NCBI GenBank assembly: GCA_036338595.1
Contig: JAYZBV010000003.1
Location: 1-34,633 of the forward strand
Direction: 5' to 3'
Source: Planctomycetota bacterium
GTDB lineage: Bacteria > Planctomycetota > UBA8108 > UBA1146
Length of the DNA stretch: 34,633 nt
In this document: piece by piece, positions 16,987 through 25,894 of the stretch
How positions within the stretch are numbered: position 1 is the first letter of the stretch
Layout of the letters: every line of letters begins with the position of its first letter
Position numbers and translations under genes: made by a program
Notes under the pieces: model-generated
Database searches by the model: none
What the model saw: the letters and a program-made list of their open reading frames with translations, nothing else
Told to the model about the DNA's origin: nothing

Positions 16987-18936
16987 ATGGTATCCAGAAT
17001 CCTGATGCTGACGCTTCTTACCGTGTCCTCACTGATCGGTTTCACCGATCAGGCACAGGCAGGTGGCGGCAAACTGGGAAAATACTCTGTAGTGGTCTAC
17101 TCGGTCGACGACTGGCAGGCCGAGCGTGATCAATATAAAGACAGCGATGTGGCCAAGTTCCTCCAGGAGCCATCGATCCAGAAGATCGGCGAGCGACTTG
17201 CGGCGGGCATCGGAGCACTGGTTGCAGTGGGTCTCGAAGACGACCCCGAGGCGAAGGAAAAACTGGAGTCCTTCTGGGAGCATCTCTCCAGCATGTCCGA
17301 TCAGATGACCGGTGAGTTTGTTTTTGGAGTGGGCTACCAGATGGATCCTCTCATGGGCATCCCGATGCCGGATCTGGTGATGGACTTTCACGGTCCTGCC
17401 GAGTTCGGGGCCATCCACAATAGTTTCCTCTCGATGCTCAAAGAATTGCTGGAGGAAGGCGGGCAGCCAGCTCCGATGCGAACCTTCAGTATCGGAGACA
17501 TCGAGTTCACCGGTATCGAGCAAATGCCGGGAGTCGGCATCTTTGTCGGTCAGTTCGAAGACCATCATGTCATCGGCACCAACAAGATGAGCCTGGAGCA
17601 GTATCTCGCCGAGGGTGGAACTACGGTGGGAGAGCGGTTCGATTCCACTCGCATCTTTCAACAGGCCCAGACGCATCTTCGTAGAGGCTCGTCTCGGTTC
17701 TACCTCAATCTGGACGCACTGTGGAATCTGATCCCCATGGCCGACATGTTTGCTGGAGGCGGCGGCCCACCTGATCCCGGTTTCGATGGAGAAGGATTCG
17801 ATGGAGAAGATGGCGACACATTTGCTGATGCGTTCAAGCCGTCGAAATTGATCGATGTGTTGGGCATTGAGACCATCAGTGGTATTGCAGCCCGGGGCTA
17901 CTACACCGAGGATGGTATCGGCTCCGATGTCATCATGGGAATCGAGGGCCGTAAGGGCATTCTTGGCATCATTCCGGCTGCCAACTCTGATATCAGTATT
18001 CCGGGATTTGTTCCCGAGGGCACAGCGTCCTTCAGCCTGATACGTCTCGAATTCTCGAAACTCTTCGACATCATCATCTCCATCGCGTCGACATTCGACG
18101 ACCAAGATCCGGAAGAGATGGCGGCCGAGATGGAGGCCGGACTCGAGGAAATCAAGTTGCAGACGGGTATCGATGTCATGGACCTGGTGGACTCCATCGA
18201 GGGGTCGCTCTGTACTTATTCTCCGCCGATCGATGCGTCGACACCAGCGTTCAATCCGATGGCGGCGATGATGGGTGGCTCTGCCTCTCCACCGGTGGTG
18301 ATCTGTGCCAAACTCCGAGATCGAGGACCCTGGGATAAATTGATGGAGAGCCTGGCGGGACCCGACATGATGGGCCCTGCCATCGAGGAACAAGAGTTTC
18401 AGGGCCGGAAGCTGTGGAGTTTTGATCCACTCGGGGATGTGCCCCCGGAGTTTGCCGGTCAGGGTTCATCTGTGATTCCTGCCTGGACGTTGGATGGTGA
18501 CTGGTTGATTTTTTCCACTTCCGTCGACGATGTGAAGGCGGCTCTGCGCCTACTCGATGGCGAGGGTGGAGAAGCGTTCGGCTCCGACAAGCGCACTGCT
18601 GCGATGATGGCCAAGATCAAGTCCTCCCAGGGCTGGTCGATATCCATGGTCCACATGGGGCAGTATCTCAGTCAAATGGCGGACATCTTCAGACCGCTGG
18701 TTGGCATGTTGCCACTGATGATTCCGGATATCGCATCGAACGAGGAGTTGCTGTTCCTGTTCGATCCTGAAAATATTCCGGAGTCGGCATTGCTCAACAA
18801 GTACTTCGGCTGGGTGGCCTCCCGGTATTCCATCGTCGAGGGCGGAATCAAGGGGTATACCTTCCAGGAACGAGTCACCGAGGCGATGGATTCGGATGAG
18901 AAGAAGGAACCTGCCCCACGCGGATCACAACTCTGA
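16987..18936 (+). CDS. Exported acidic hypothetical protein (~649 aa; possibly DUF3352-like)
   Basis: AAGGAG SD, ATG 16987, signal peptide ending AQA, long ORF with codon usage like its neighbours. The family guess is weak. Confidence 0.8.
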   Translation: MVSRILMLTLLTVSSLIGFTDQAQAGGGKLGKYSVVVYSVDDWQAERDQYKDSDVAKFLQEPSIQKIGERLAAGIGALVAVGLEDDPEAKEKLESFWEHLSSMSDQMTGEFVFGVGYQMDPLMGIPMPDLVMDFHGPAEFGAIHNSFLSMLKELLEEGGQPAPMRTFSIGDIEFTGIEQMPGVGIFVGQFEDHHVIGTNKMSLEQYLAEGGTTVGERFDSTRIFQQAQTHLRRGSSRFYLNLDALWNLIPMADMFAGGGGPPDPGFDGEGFDGEDGDTFADAFKPSKLIDVLGIETISGIAARGYYTEDGIGSDVIMGIEGRKGILGIIPAANSDISIPGFVPEGTASFSLIRLEFSKLFDIIISIASTFDDQDPEEMAAEMEAGLEEIKLQTGIDVMDLVDSIEGSLCTYSPPIDASTPAFNPMAAMMGGSASPPVVICAKLRDRGPWDKLMESLAGPDMMGPAIEEQEFQGRKLWSFDPLGDVPPEFAGQGSSVIPAWTLDGDWLIFSTSVDDVKAALRLLDGEGGEAFGSDKRTAAMMAKIKSSQGWSISMVHMGQYLSQMADIFRPLVGMLPLMIPDIASNEELLFLFDPENIPESALLNKYFGWVASRYSIVEGGIKGYTFQERVTEAMDSDEKKEPAPRGSQL

Positions 18937-18980
18937 TCCGAGTGGAGCCAGGCTCCTGAACCGACCGATACGAGAAGACA

Positions 18981-19020
18981 GGCGCCCCCGGGAACCTCGA
19001 TGGAGGTTTCCGGGGGCGTT
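18981..19020 (+). terminator. 18-bp GC-rich hairpin (terminator or mRNA-stabilising stem)
   Basis: GGCGCCCCCGGGAACCTC-gatg-GAGGTTTCCGGGGGCGTT, with 3 G-U pairs on the + strand. No long U-tract follows. Confidence 0.6.
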
Positions 19021-19106
19021 GACCATCTCTGGATCATCCACTGCGGATCGCTCCCTTCGATGTGCTCAGCGGGTTAGGATCCTGCAGGTACCTGAAAGGG
19101 GGACCG

Positions 19107-19880
19107 ATGGCTTTCGCCGATTGCATCTCGGGACGCCGAGGGCTTGTGCTTGGAGTTGCGAATGACCGCAGTATCGCCTGGGGGATCGCCCAGGTACTCC
19201 ATCAGGGTGGCGCACGGCTTGGTTTCACTTACCAGGGAGAGCGTCTGGAGCGACGTGTTCGGCCTCTCTCCGAACAGGTCGAGGGAGAACTACTGCTGCC
19301 CTGCGATGTCAGTGATGAATCCCAGATTGAAGAACTGTTTGCTGCAGTGGATGAGAAGTGGGGGGGGCTCGACTTCCTGGTTCATTCGATCGGATTTGCA
19401 GACAAGGAGGACCTCGAGGGCTCCTACATCGACACCAGCCGTGAAGGATGGTTGAAAGCGCACGATATCAGTGCCTGGTCCTTCACCAGACTCGCGCGAG
19501 CGGCGGCGAGCCGCATGGAGCCGGGTTCAGCGATGATCACTCTCAGTTACCTCGGCGCTGAGCGTGCTGTGCGTGGGTACAACGTCATGGGAGTTGCCAA
19601 GGCGAGCCTGGAGGCGAGCATGCGCTACCTGGCGATGGATCTGGGCGAGCGAGGCATCCGGGTCAATGCCATCAGTGCTGGCCCGATCCAGACGCTGGCT
19701 GCGCGTGGGATCAGTGGCTTCTCCGAGATCTTTACCGAGGTCGAGAAACGAGCTGCGCTGGGCCGAGGTGTGACCACCGAGGAGGTCGGAAATACTGCCA
19801 CTTTCCTGCTCTCTCCACTTGCGAGCGGGATCACGGGAGAAGTCATCTATGTAGATGGCGGCTTCCGGATGATGGGATAA
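19107..19880 (+). CDS. fabI: Enoyl-[ACP] reductase (NADH)
   Basis: GVANDRSIAWGIA, LDFLVHSIGFA, LSYLGA, YNVMGVAKASLE, VNAISAGPI, TGEVIYVDGG. Confidence 0.97.
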   Translation: MAFADCISGRRGLVLGVANDRSIAWGIAQVLHQGGARLGFTYQGERLERRVRPLSEQVEGELLLPCDVSDESQIEELFAAVDEKWGGLDFLVHSIGFADKEDLEGSYIDTSREGWLKAHDISAWSFTRLARAAASRMEPGSAMITLSYLGAERAVRGYNVMGVAKASLEASMRYLAMDLGERGIRVNAISAGPIQTLAARGISGFSEIFTEVEKRAALGRGVTTEEVGNTATFLLSPLASGITGEVIYVDGGFRMMG

Positions 19881-19886
19881 CGAATC

Positions 19887-21554
19887 GTGCGTATCGCCAT
19901 TGGACAGATCAACACCACCGTTGGCGATCTGGTCGGCAACAGTGACCGGATCGTCGAAGCAGTCGATTCCGTGGCGTCTGCGGATCTTGTGGTCTTCCCC
20001 GAACTGGCCATCTGTGGTTACCCGCCCCTCGATCTGGTGACGCGGCCCGATTTCGTCGATGCGGTGGAGAGGGCCACGGTGGGCCTGGCCCGGAAACTGT
20101 CCGGGAAACCGCCAGTCGTGGTCGGAACGCTTCGCCGTAGCGACGCGGGTGCCGCCAGACCCGTTCACAATTGTGCTGCAGTCATCGACGGGGGACACAT
20201 CGTTGGTTACTCCGACAAGGTCTTGTTGCCGACCTATGATGTCTTCGACGAGGCGAGAACCTTTGAGCCCGGTGGAGAGGTCGTGGTGCATCAGATCTGC
20301 GGTCGACAGGTCGGGATCGCCATCTGTGAGGACCTCTGGATCGACAGTGTTCCCGGACAGCCAGGCTACGGTCGAGATCCAGGCCAGGAGCTGGTGGATG
20401 CGGGTGCCGAGATCATCCTGTGTCCTTCCGCCAGTCCGTTTCATCGTGGAAAAAGCGCCGTACGCCGCCAGCTCTTCATCGATCAGGCGATCCGGTTCGG
20501 GGTGGATGTGGTGCTCGCCAACCTGGTCGGTGGAAATACGGAACTGATTTTTGATGGTGCCAGTTTGATGGCGACTCCGGATGGAACGATCGAGCGGTTG
20601 CCAGCCTTTTGCGAGGAAGTTCGCATCGTCGGAGAGCAGAAGTCCGCAACGACACCGGCTGACGATGAAATCGGCGAGGTAGAGGAGATCTCCGATGCAC
20701 TGATCCTGGGGATCCAGGATTACTTCCGCAAGTGTGGTATCGATCGGGCAGTGATCGGACTCTCCGGAGGTATCGATTCTGCAGTCACTGCGCTGCTGGC
20801 CGTGAAGGCCCTCGGTGCCAGCAAGGTGCTCGGTGTCGGGATGCCTGGACCGTTCTCTTCCGAAGGCAGTCTCACCGATGCGACCGATCTGGCCCAACGG
20901 CTTGGCATCGATTTCGAGGAGGTCTCGATCGATCCTGTTTATCGGACCTTCCGATCGACGATGGAACCCCTGCTCGGCACAGGAGAGTGGGGTGTGGCCC
21001 AGGAGAATCTGCAGGCGCGGATCCGTGGCACGGTGCTGATGACGATCGCCAATCGTGAATCTGCGGTGGTGCTGGCGACCGGCAACAAGTCCGAGTTGTC
21101 GGTCGGTTACTGCACTCTCTATGGCGATATGTGTGGAGGTCTGGCTCCGCTCGGGGACGTCAGAAAACGCGAGGTTTACGCCATCGCACAACTGGAGTGT
21201 CACGAGGGTTGTGTGCCGGAGGCGACACTCGACAAACCCCCTTCTGCAGAACTGGCACCTCATCAGCGCGATGAGGACTCGCTTCCACCCTACGACCAGC
21301 TCGACAAGGTTCTCGAGGCCTGGATCGAGGGCAGACAGTCTGCGAGCGACATCCTGGCCAGCGGCTCGGATGCGGAGATGGTCGAGCGAGTTGTCCAGTT
21401 GATCGAAGCGAGTGAGCACAAGCGTCGCCAGTCCGCTCCCATCCTGCGCGTCTCACCGCGGGCCTTTGGCATCGGTCGCAGGGTCCCCATCGCTCGTTCC
21501 CTCGATGGCTGGCAGTTCGATGGGCTGGATCGGACCGAACCCTCAAGGATTTGA
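19887..21554 (+). CDS. nadE: Glutamine-dependent NAD+ synthetase
   Basis: Nitrilase-like domain (FPEL, K.LLPTYDVFDE, ICEDLW) plus synthetase domain (GLSGGIDS, ENLQARIRG, TGNKSE, GYCTLYGD, KPPSAEL). Confidence 0.97.
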   Translation: MRIAIGQINTTVGDLVGNSDRIVEAVDSVASADLVVFPELAICGYPPLDLVTRPDFVDAVERATVGLARKLSGKPPVVVGTLRRSDAGAARPVHNCAAVIDGGHIVGYSDKVLLPTYDVFDEARTFEPGGEVVVHQICGRQVGIAICEDLWIDSVPGQPGYGRDPGQELVDAGAEIILCPSASPFHRGKSAVRRQLFIDQAIRFGVDVVLANLVGGNTELIFDGASLMATPDGTIERLPAFCEEVRIVGEQKSATTPADDEIGEVEEISDALILGIQDYFRKCGIDRAVIGLSGGIDSAVTALLAVKALGASKVLGVGMPGPFSSEGSLTDATDLAQRLGIDFEEVSIDPVYRTFRSTMEPLLGTGEWGVAQENLQARIRGTVLMTIANRESAVVLATGNKSELSVGYCTLYGDMCGGLAPLGDVRKREVYAIAQLECHEGCVPEATLDKPPSAELAPHQRDEDSLPPYDQLDKVLEAWIEGRQSASDILASGSDAEMVERVVQLIEASEHKRRQSAPILRVSPRAFGIGRRVPIARSLDGWQFDGLDRTEPSRI

Positions 21555-21827
21555 CAACGCGAAGGTGGCCGCCAGCTTGTCGTTACAGTTGGTGGAACCC
21601 CTTGCCTCGGTCTGGTTTTGCATCGATGATCGATACCTGGACCCACAGGGCTCCTCGGCTCTGGCTAGCCTGGATTTTTTCCTGCAATCGCCTCGCCGCG
21701 GTACCCCGTTGGTCTTCCAAGATGACTTCATCCTGTACTCCTCGGTCGGGTCGATCACAGGGGCAGGAAACTCATGCTGACACTCTTGCAGTCATGTCAG
21801 TGCAATGATGGATGGACGTGGAACTCG

Positions 21828-23117
21828 ATGGACGGGAAGACAAAGACGGAGAAGGCGATCCTTCGACTCGATGACCAGGAGATTGAACTCCCGGTATTCA
21901 CGGGTTCAGAGGGGGAGAAGGGTATCGATATCAGCTCGCTGCGAAAGCAGAGCGGTTACATCACTCTCGATCCTGGGTATGTGAATACTGGAATGACAAA
22001 GAGTTCCATCTGCTTCATCGATGGAGAAGAAGGAATCCTTCGCTACCGCGGATACCCGATCGAGCAGTTGGCTGCAAACTCGAACTTTGTCGAGACTTCC
22101 TACCTGCTGATCCATGGTGAGTTGCCGACTCCGGAACAGTATGAACAGTTCCGACAGAGTCTACGGCGCCACTCGATGATTCATGAAGACATGCGTCACT
22201 TCTTTGATGGTTTTCCATCTTCTGCACACCCGATGGCGATCCTGTCTGCCATGGTGCTGGGGCTTTCGACCTTTTATACGGAGAACGAGAACCCCGAGCA
22301 GGACACCGACATCGATCTGACAGTCTGTCGGTTACTCTCGAAGGTGAGAACGCTGGCTGCATTCTCCTTCAAGAAGTCGATCGGTCAGCCGTTCATCTAT
22401 CCCGACAACTCGCTCTCCTACTGCGGTAATTTTCTGCACATGATGTTTCGAGTCCCTGCGGAGCCGTACCATGTCGACCCCGAGGTGGAGAGGGCACTCA
22501 ACCTGTTGCTGATTCTCCACGCGGATCACGAACAGAACTGTTCGACGGCGACGGTTCGAATGGCAGGGAGTGCGTTGACGAACCTCTATGCATGCATCGC
22601 AGCAGGGATCACTTCTCTGTGGGGTTCACGCCATGGAGGCGCTAACCAGGCGGTTCTCGACCAGCTCTCCACGATTCACGAGGGCGATTGGGATGTGGCT
22701 CGCTACATCGAACTGGTCAAGGATAAGAACTCATCGGTTCGACTGATGGGATTCGGCCACCGCGTCTACAAGAACTACGACCCCCGCGCAAAGATCATCA
22801 AGGAAGCCTGCGACCGCCTGCTCGATCATCTCGGTGTACAGGATCCTCTTCTCGACATTGCCAGAAGGCTTGAAGAGGTTGCGCTGAACGACTCCTACTT
22901 CGTCGACAGAAACCTGTATCCCAATGTCGATTTCTACTCTGGAATCATGTACCGGGCGATTGGCATTCCAACGAACATGTTCACGGTGATGTTTGCTCTC
23001 GGAAGGCTGCCCGGTTGGATTGCGCACTGGCTAGAGATGCGGTCCGATCCCGACGACCGCATTCATCGGCCGCGCCAGATCTACAACGGAGTCAAGTTGA
23101 GGGACTACCCGGTCTGA
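21828..23117 (+). CDS. gltA: Citrate synthase (type II)
   Basis: DPGYVNT, GILRYRGY, LHADHEQNCST, HGGAN, LMGFGHRVYKNYDPRA, YPNVDFYSG, RPRQIY. Start ATG 21828 preferred over 21774. Confidence 0.97.
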   Translation: MDGKTKTEKAILRLDDQEIELPVFTGSEGEKGIDISSLRKQSGYITLDPGYVNTGMTKSSICFIDGEEGILRYRGYPIEQLAANSNFVETSYLLIHGELPTPEQYEQFRQSLRRHSMIHEDMRHFFDGFPSSAHPMAILSAMVLGLSTFYTENENPEQDTDIDLTVCRLLSKVRTLAAFSFKKSIGQPFIYPDNSLSYCGNFLHMMFRVPAEPYHVDPEVERALNLLLILHADHEQNCSTATVRMAGSALTNLYACIAAGITSLWGSRHGGANQAVLDQLSTIHEGDWDVARYIELVKDKNSSVRLMGFGHRVYKNYDPRAKIIKEACDRLLDHLGVQDPLLDIARRLEEVALNDSYFVDRNLYPNVDFYSGIMYRAIGIPTNMFTVMFALGRLPGWIAHWLEMRSDPDDRIHRPRQIYNGVKLRDYPV

Positions 23118-23139
23118 ATCGACCGATCCTCCACCTGCT

Positions 23140-23571
23140 TCAAGACCCTTCGATCCAATCGACCGTTCCATCCTGGTAGTGTTCATGCTTCCAGATGGGC
23201 ACGGTTGACTTGATCATCTCCATACCCTGTTCGAGCAGGCCAAATCCGGTCTTGCGATGGGGTAGGGCGATTCCGAGCAGGATACTCATCTCGCTGACCT
23301 CCAACGATCCGAGCCGATGGATGGCAACCGAGCGGGTGGCGCCATGCTGGACCAGGAATTGGGCTACCTTCTCCAGTTCCGATAGCGCCATCGATTCGTG
23401 TGCGTGGTAGTCGATGCGGGTAACACCCTTTCCTCGATTGTTCTCTCTGACATTGCCGCAGAAGAGCAGCACCGCTCCACAATCCGGTTCTCCCAACCAG
23501 CATGAGAATCGCTGGATATCGATCGGCTCCCTGACCAATCGAGCCAGGATGTTGTCACCGCTGTCTGTCAC
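23140..23571 (-). CDS. moaE: Molybdopterin synthase catalytic subunit
   Basis: GAVLLFCGNVR, HRLGSL, HR, IKSTVPIWKHE. Lies 2 nt downstream of moaD. Confidence 0.95.
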   Translation of the reverse strand: MTDSGDNILARLVREPIDIQRFSCWLGEPDCGAVLLFCGNVRENNRGKGVTRIDYHAHESMALSELEKVAQFLVQHGATRSVAIHRLGSLEVSEMSILLGIALPHRKTGFGLLEQGMEMIKSTVPIWKHEHYQDGTVDWIEGS

Positions 23572-23573
23572 TG

Positions 23574-23819
23574 CTAGCCGCCGCTCACAGGTGGAATCAA
23601 TGCGACCTCGGAGTTGGCTTCGATGGGATCGGACTCCGTTGAAAAACGGTCGTCGACGGCCACTCTGGTGGAGGGGAGCCGTTCTCCGAGGATGGGGTAT
23701 TTCACCGAGATCGCTCCGATGAGATCTTTCACCGATGCTCCCTCTTCCAGTTCCACCTCGATCTTTTCACTGCCTACAAGATCCCTGAGCGAGGCAAATA
23801 ACAGCACCTTGATCTGCAT
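23574..23819 (-). CDS. moaD: Molybdopterin synthase sulfur carrier subunit
   Basis: MQIKVLLFASLRD...EVALIPPVSGG with C-terminal Gly-Gly; GGAGG SD. Confidence 0.96.
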   Translation of the reverse strand: MQIKVLLFASLRDLVGSEKIEVELEEGASVKDLIGAISVKYPILGERLPSTRVAVDDRFSTESDPIEANSEVALIPPVSGG

Positions 23820-23920
23820 TGGATTCCTCCGGATTCCTCCTGCTTAGAAAGCGGTCAACGTCTGTATAGCATCGGAGGCGCTGGGGATGCGGTCAAGGCA
23901 CCGGGTGGTGGCACGCCGAG

Positions 23921-25252
23921 TCAGTTTTCACGTTGCCAGGCACGCCATTCTCCGATCTCCTTCGATCGATCGTCCTCTGCTGCGGAGATCCAGAAGGCAG
24001 GATTGACGATGGTGGGATGCTGAGAGATTCTGGAGAGCGCGGCAGCAGCAGCGGCGCGAAGATCTCCTCGTTTTGTCTCGAGCAGATCGATCAGGGCAGG
24101 GATCAACTGAGCAGCCCAGCGGTACTCCGGAATCGCGCCACAGATCGCCAATTTGACTTCTACCGTGCCGCTCTCGAGTTGCTCGATGACTCTCTGCTGC
24201 CATTCGATTCTGGTCTTGCGGTCGAGTCGTGATCTTGTCCGCAGGATCAAGCGGGTGGTACAGGCCCATGCCCACGGTGAGGAGAGCGAATCCAGCAACT
24301 CCGCCTCGATGGCGGCCAGTATCGCGTGGCCATCGATTCGATTGTCGAGGAGCCACTGGTCGATGGCCCACCGTCGGTAATGTTCGGATTCGAGGTAGCG
24401 ACGGTACTGAGTGGAAAGTGAAGGGGTGATCGCCTCGATCACATCAGGTATCCGAGCCACGATCTGGTCCTTCTTCAGCCCGACAACTGCCAGAAGGCGC
24501 TCCTCGTGAGTGCCCGACATCTGATCCTGTAACGTCCAGAGGATCGCCCAGGAGATGGCGTATCGAGCGGGGATCTCTCCGTCATTGCGATAGAAGCCGA
24601 GCCAGGACTCCGACACGAGTTCCTCGGCGAATTCGGTGAAGCGGGCTCTCCCGAGGTCAGACAGCACCTCTCTCGCCTTGCGATACTGCAGAGGGTGCAG
24701 TGGTGGCACCTGAAACTGGCCGTGGTGATCGAGGAACGAGCTTTCCATCGAACAGGAGATCGCCTCCGTGAGCCACCACCTCGATCGGATCCTACGTTCA
24801 CCTGCTGTGAAGTGGTGTGTGAGTTCATGGAGAAGTGTTCTATGTCCGTTGGGGTCCGGCTGTCGCTGCAGAAGTATCTTGTCAGCCGCAGAGGCTGGCG
24901 CGAACTGAATCAGAGAGAGCGCATGGTTGTACCACCCTGCAGTGCGAACCTCATCTTCACGGATGATTCGGTTACTATCCTCGGTCTCGAGCAGAATCGA
25001 AGCGGACCCGACTCCCGCAGTGATGATGGGCAACCGTTCGCAAAGCCCGGCTTTCATCCAGCCAAGATCCTTCTGGTATCGAAGTGCAGTCTCGATGTCT
25101 CCGTTGGACCAGAGCGGACCGACCGGGGTTTCGAGGCGGTGCTTGTAGAAAGCTCCACAGCCACAGAGTGAGGAGAGCAATAGCACCCACAGCCCAGATG
25201 AGAGCCACCGTTCGACAGCGGTAGAAGGTCGAGACGTGCACCGTAGAGTCAT
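23921..25252 (-). CDS. Putative lipoprotein zinc metallopeptidase (gluzincin, DUF1570-like) with C-terminal HEAT-like repeats
   Basis: Lipobox-like LSSLCGC; TLLHELTHH (HExxH); WWLTEAIS (third ligand Glu); YAISWA; helical C-terminus (LIPALIDLL..LRAAAAAALSRI). Confidence 0.72.
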   Translation of the reverse strand: MTLRCTSRPSTAVERWLSSGLWVLLLSSLCGCGAFYKHRLETPVGPLWSNGDIETALRYQKDLGWMKAGLCERLPIITAGVGSASILLETEDSNRIIREDEVRTAGWYNHALSLIQFAPASAADKILLQRQPDPNGHRTLLHELTHHFTAGERRIRSRWWLTEAISCSMESSFLDHHGQFQVPPLHPLQYRKAREVLSDLGRARFTEFAEELVSESWLGFYRNDGEIPARYAISWAILWTLQDQMSGTHEERLLAVVGLKKDQIVARIPDVIEAITPSLSTQYRRYLESEHYRRWAIDQWLLDNRIDGHAILAAIEAELLDSLSSPWAWACTTRLILRTRSRLDRKTRIEWQQRVIEQLESGTVEVKLAICGAIPEYRWAAQLIPALIDLLETKRGDLRAAAAAALSRISQHPTIVNPAFWISAAEDDRSKEIGEWRAWQREN

Positions 25253-25746
25253 CGGGATCTCCAGTATTGCATCGGGATTCCCGATCCAAGATAGGTGAAC
25301 TGGTGTTCAATTCGAGCCGGATTTTCTTCCGATCTTCTCCACATGACATAAGCGATTCTTCGGCTTCTGAATCTCCCACTCCGGTGAATGAAGTGGTAAT
25401 GCAGCTCGAAAATGGGGATATTCTCGTGGTCCGGGTTCTCGATCTCGAAGCGATTTTGCTCGATATGGTCTTCTGTCCACTGCTGAAAGTGCTGCCGGGG
25501 CACGGCATTCTCAAGCGACAAGATGAAGGTCTTCACATCCTTTTCTCTGGAGATCTCAGCAACGTCCATCACCTCGGGGCGCAGCATGGTGGTCGTGCAT
25601 CCGGTGAGCCCCAGCAGGGGCGCCAACAGCAGCAACCACAGACACAGGTGAGTTCGCAGTTTTTGCTGCGAGATCGAGTTCTCCGTAGAATCCGACTTCC
25701 AGCAGGGTATCGCGGAGGTTTGGGCTGAGTACGACACAAGTGACAT
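25249..25746 (-). CDS. Hypothetical lipoprotein
   Basis: Hydrophobic stretch ending LTGC (lipobox). The stop overlaps the next ATG (ATGA). Exact start uncertain. Confidence 0.65.
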   Translation of the reverse strand: MSLVSYSAQTSAIPCWKSDSTENSISQQKLRTHLCLWLLLLAPLLGLTGCTTTMLRPEVMDVAEISREKDVKTFILSLENAVPRQHFQQWTEDHIEQNRFEIENPDHENIPIFELHYHFIHRSGRFRSRRIAYVMWRRSEENPARIEHQFTYLGSGIPMQYWRSR

Positions 25747-25894
25747 CTGCTGGCTCCCCGATACGATCTGCTACAGTTCCTCTTGGGATTGACAGTCACA
25801 GATGGTACCACGACTCACAGGTGACGGGGAATAGGTGCGTTGAGGCCTCGAACAGGCGTGATCCTCGCATCGAGGTTTCGCTCGGAGGGATCGG

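Noticed and set aside
17782..17809. Short direct repeat TTCGATGGAGAAG twice (GFDGE GFDGE)
   Set aside because: An in-frame 15-bp-period microduplication in a low-complexity loop, with no evidence of wider significance.
19878..19889. Possible fabI-nadE read-through fusion (same frame, TAA + 6 nt)
   Set aside because: Both proteins are complete on their own, TAA is a strong stop, and no recoding signal is visible.
19527..21419. 630-aa antisense ORF across fabI-nadE (likewise 5415-6653, 17029-18393, 13564-14511 and others)
   Set aside because: These lie codon-in-register opposite well-supported genes and have no motifs. They are typical shadow ORFs of GC-rich codon usage; this one spans two genes only because fabI and nadE share a frame.
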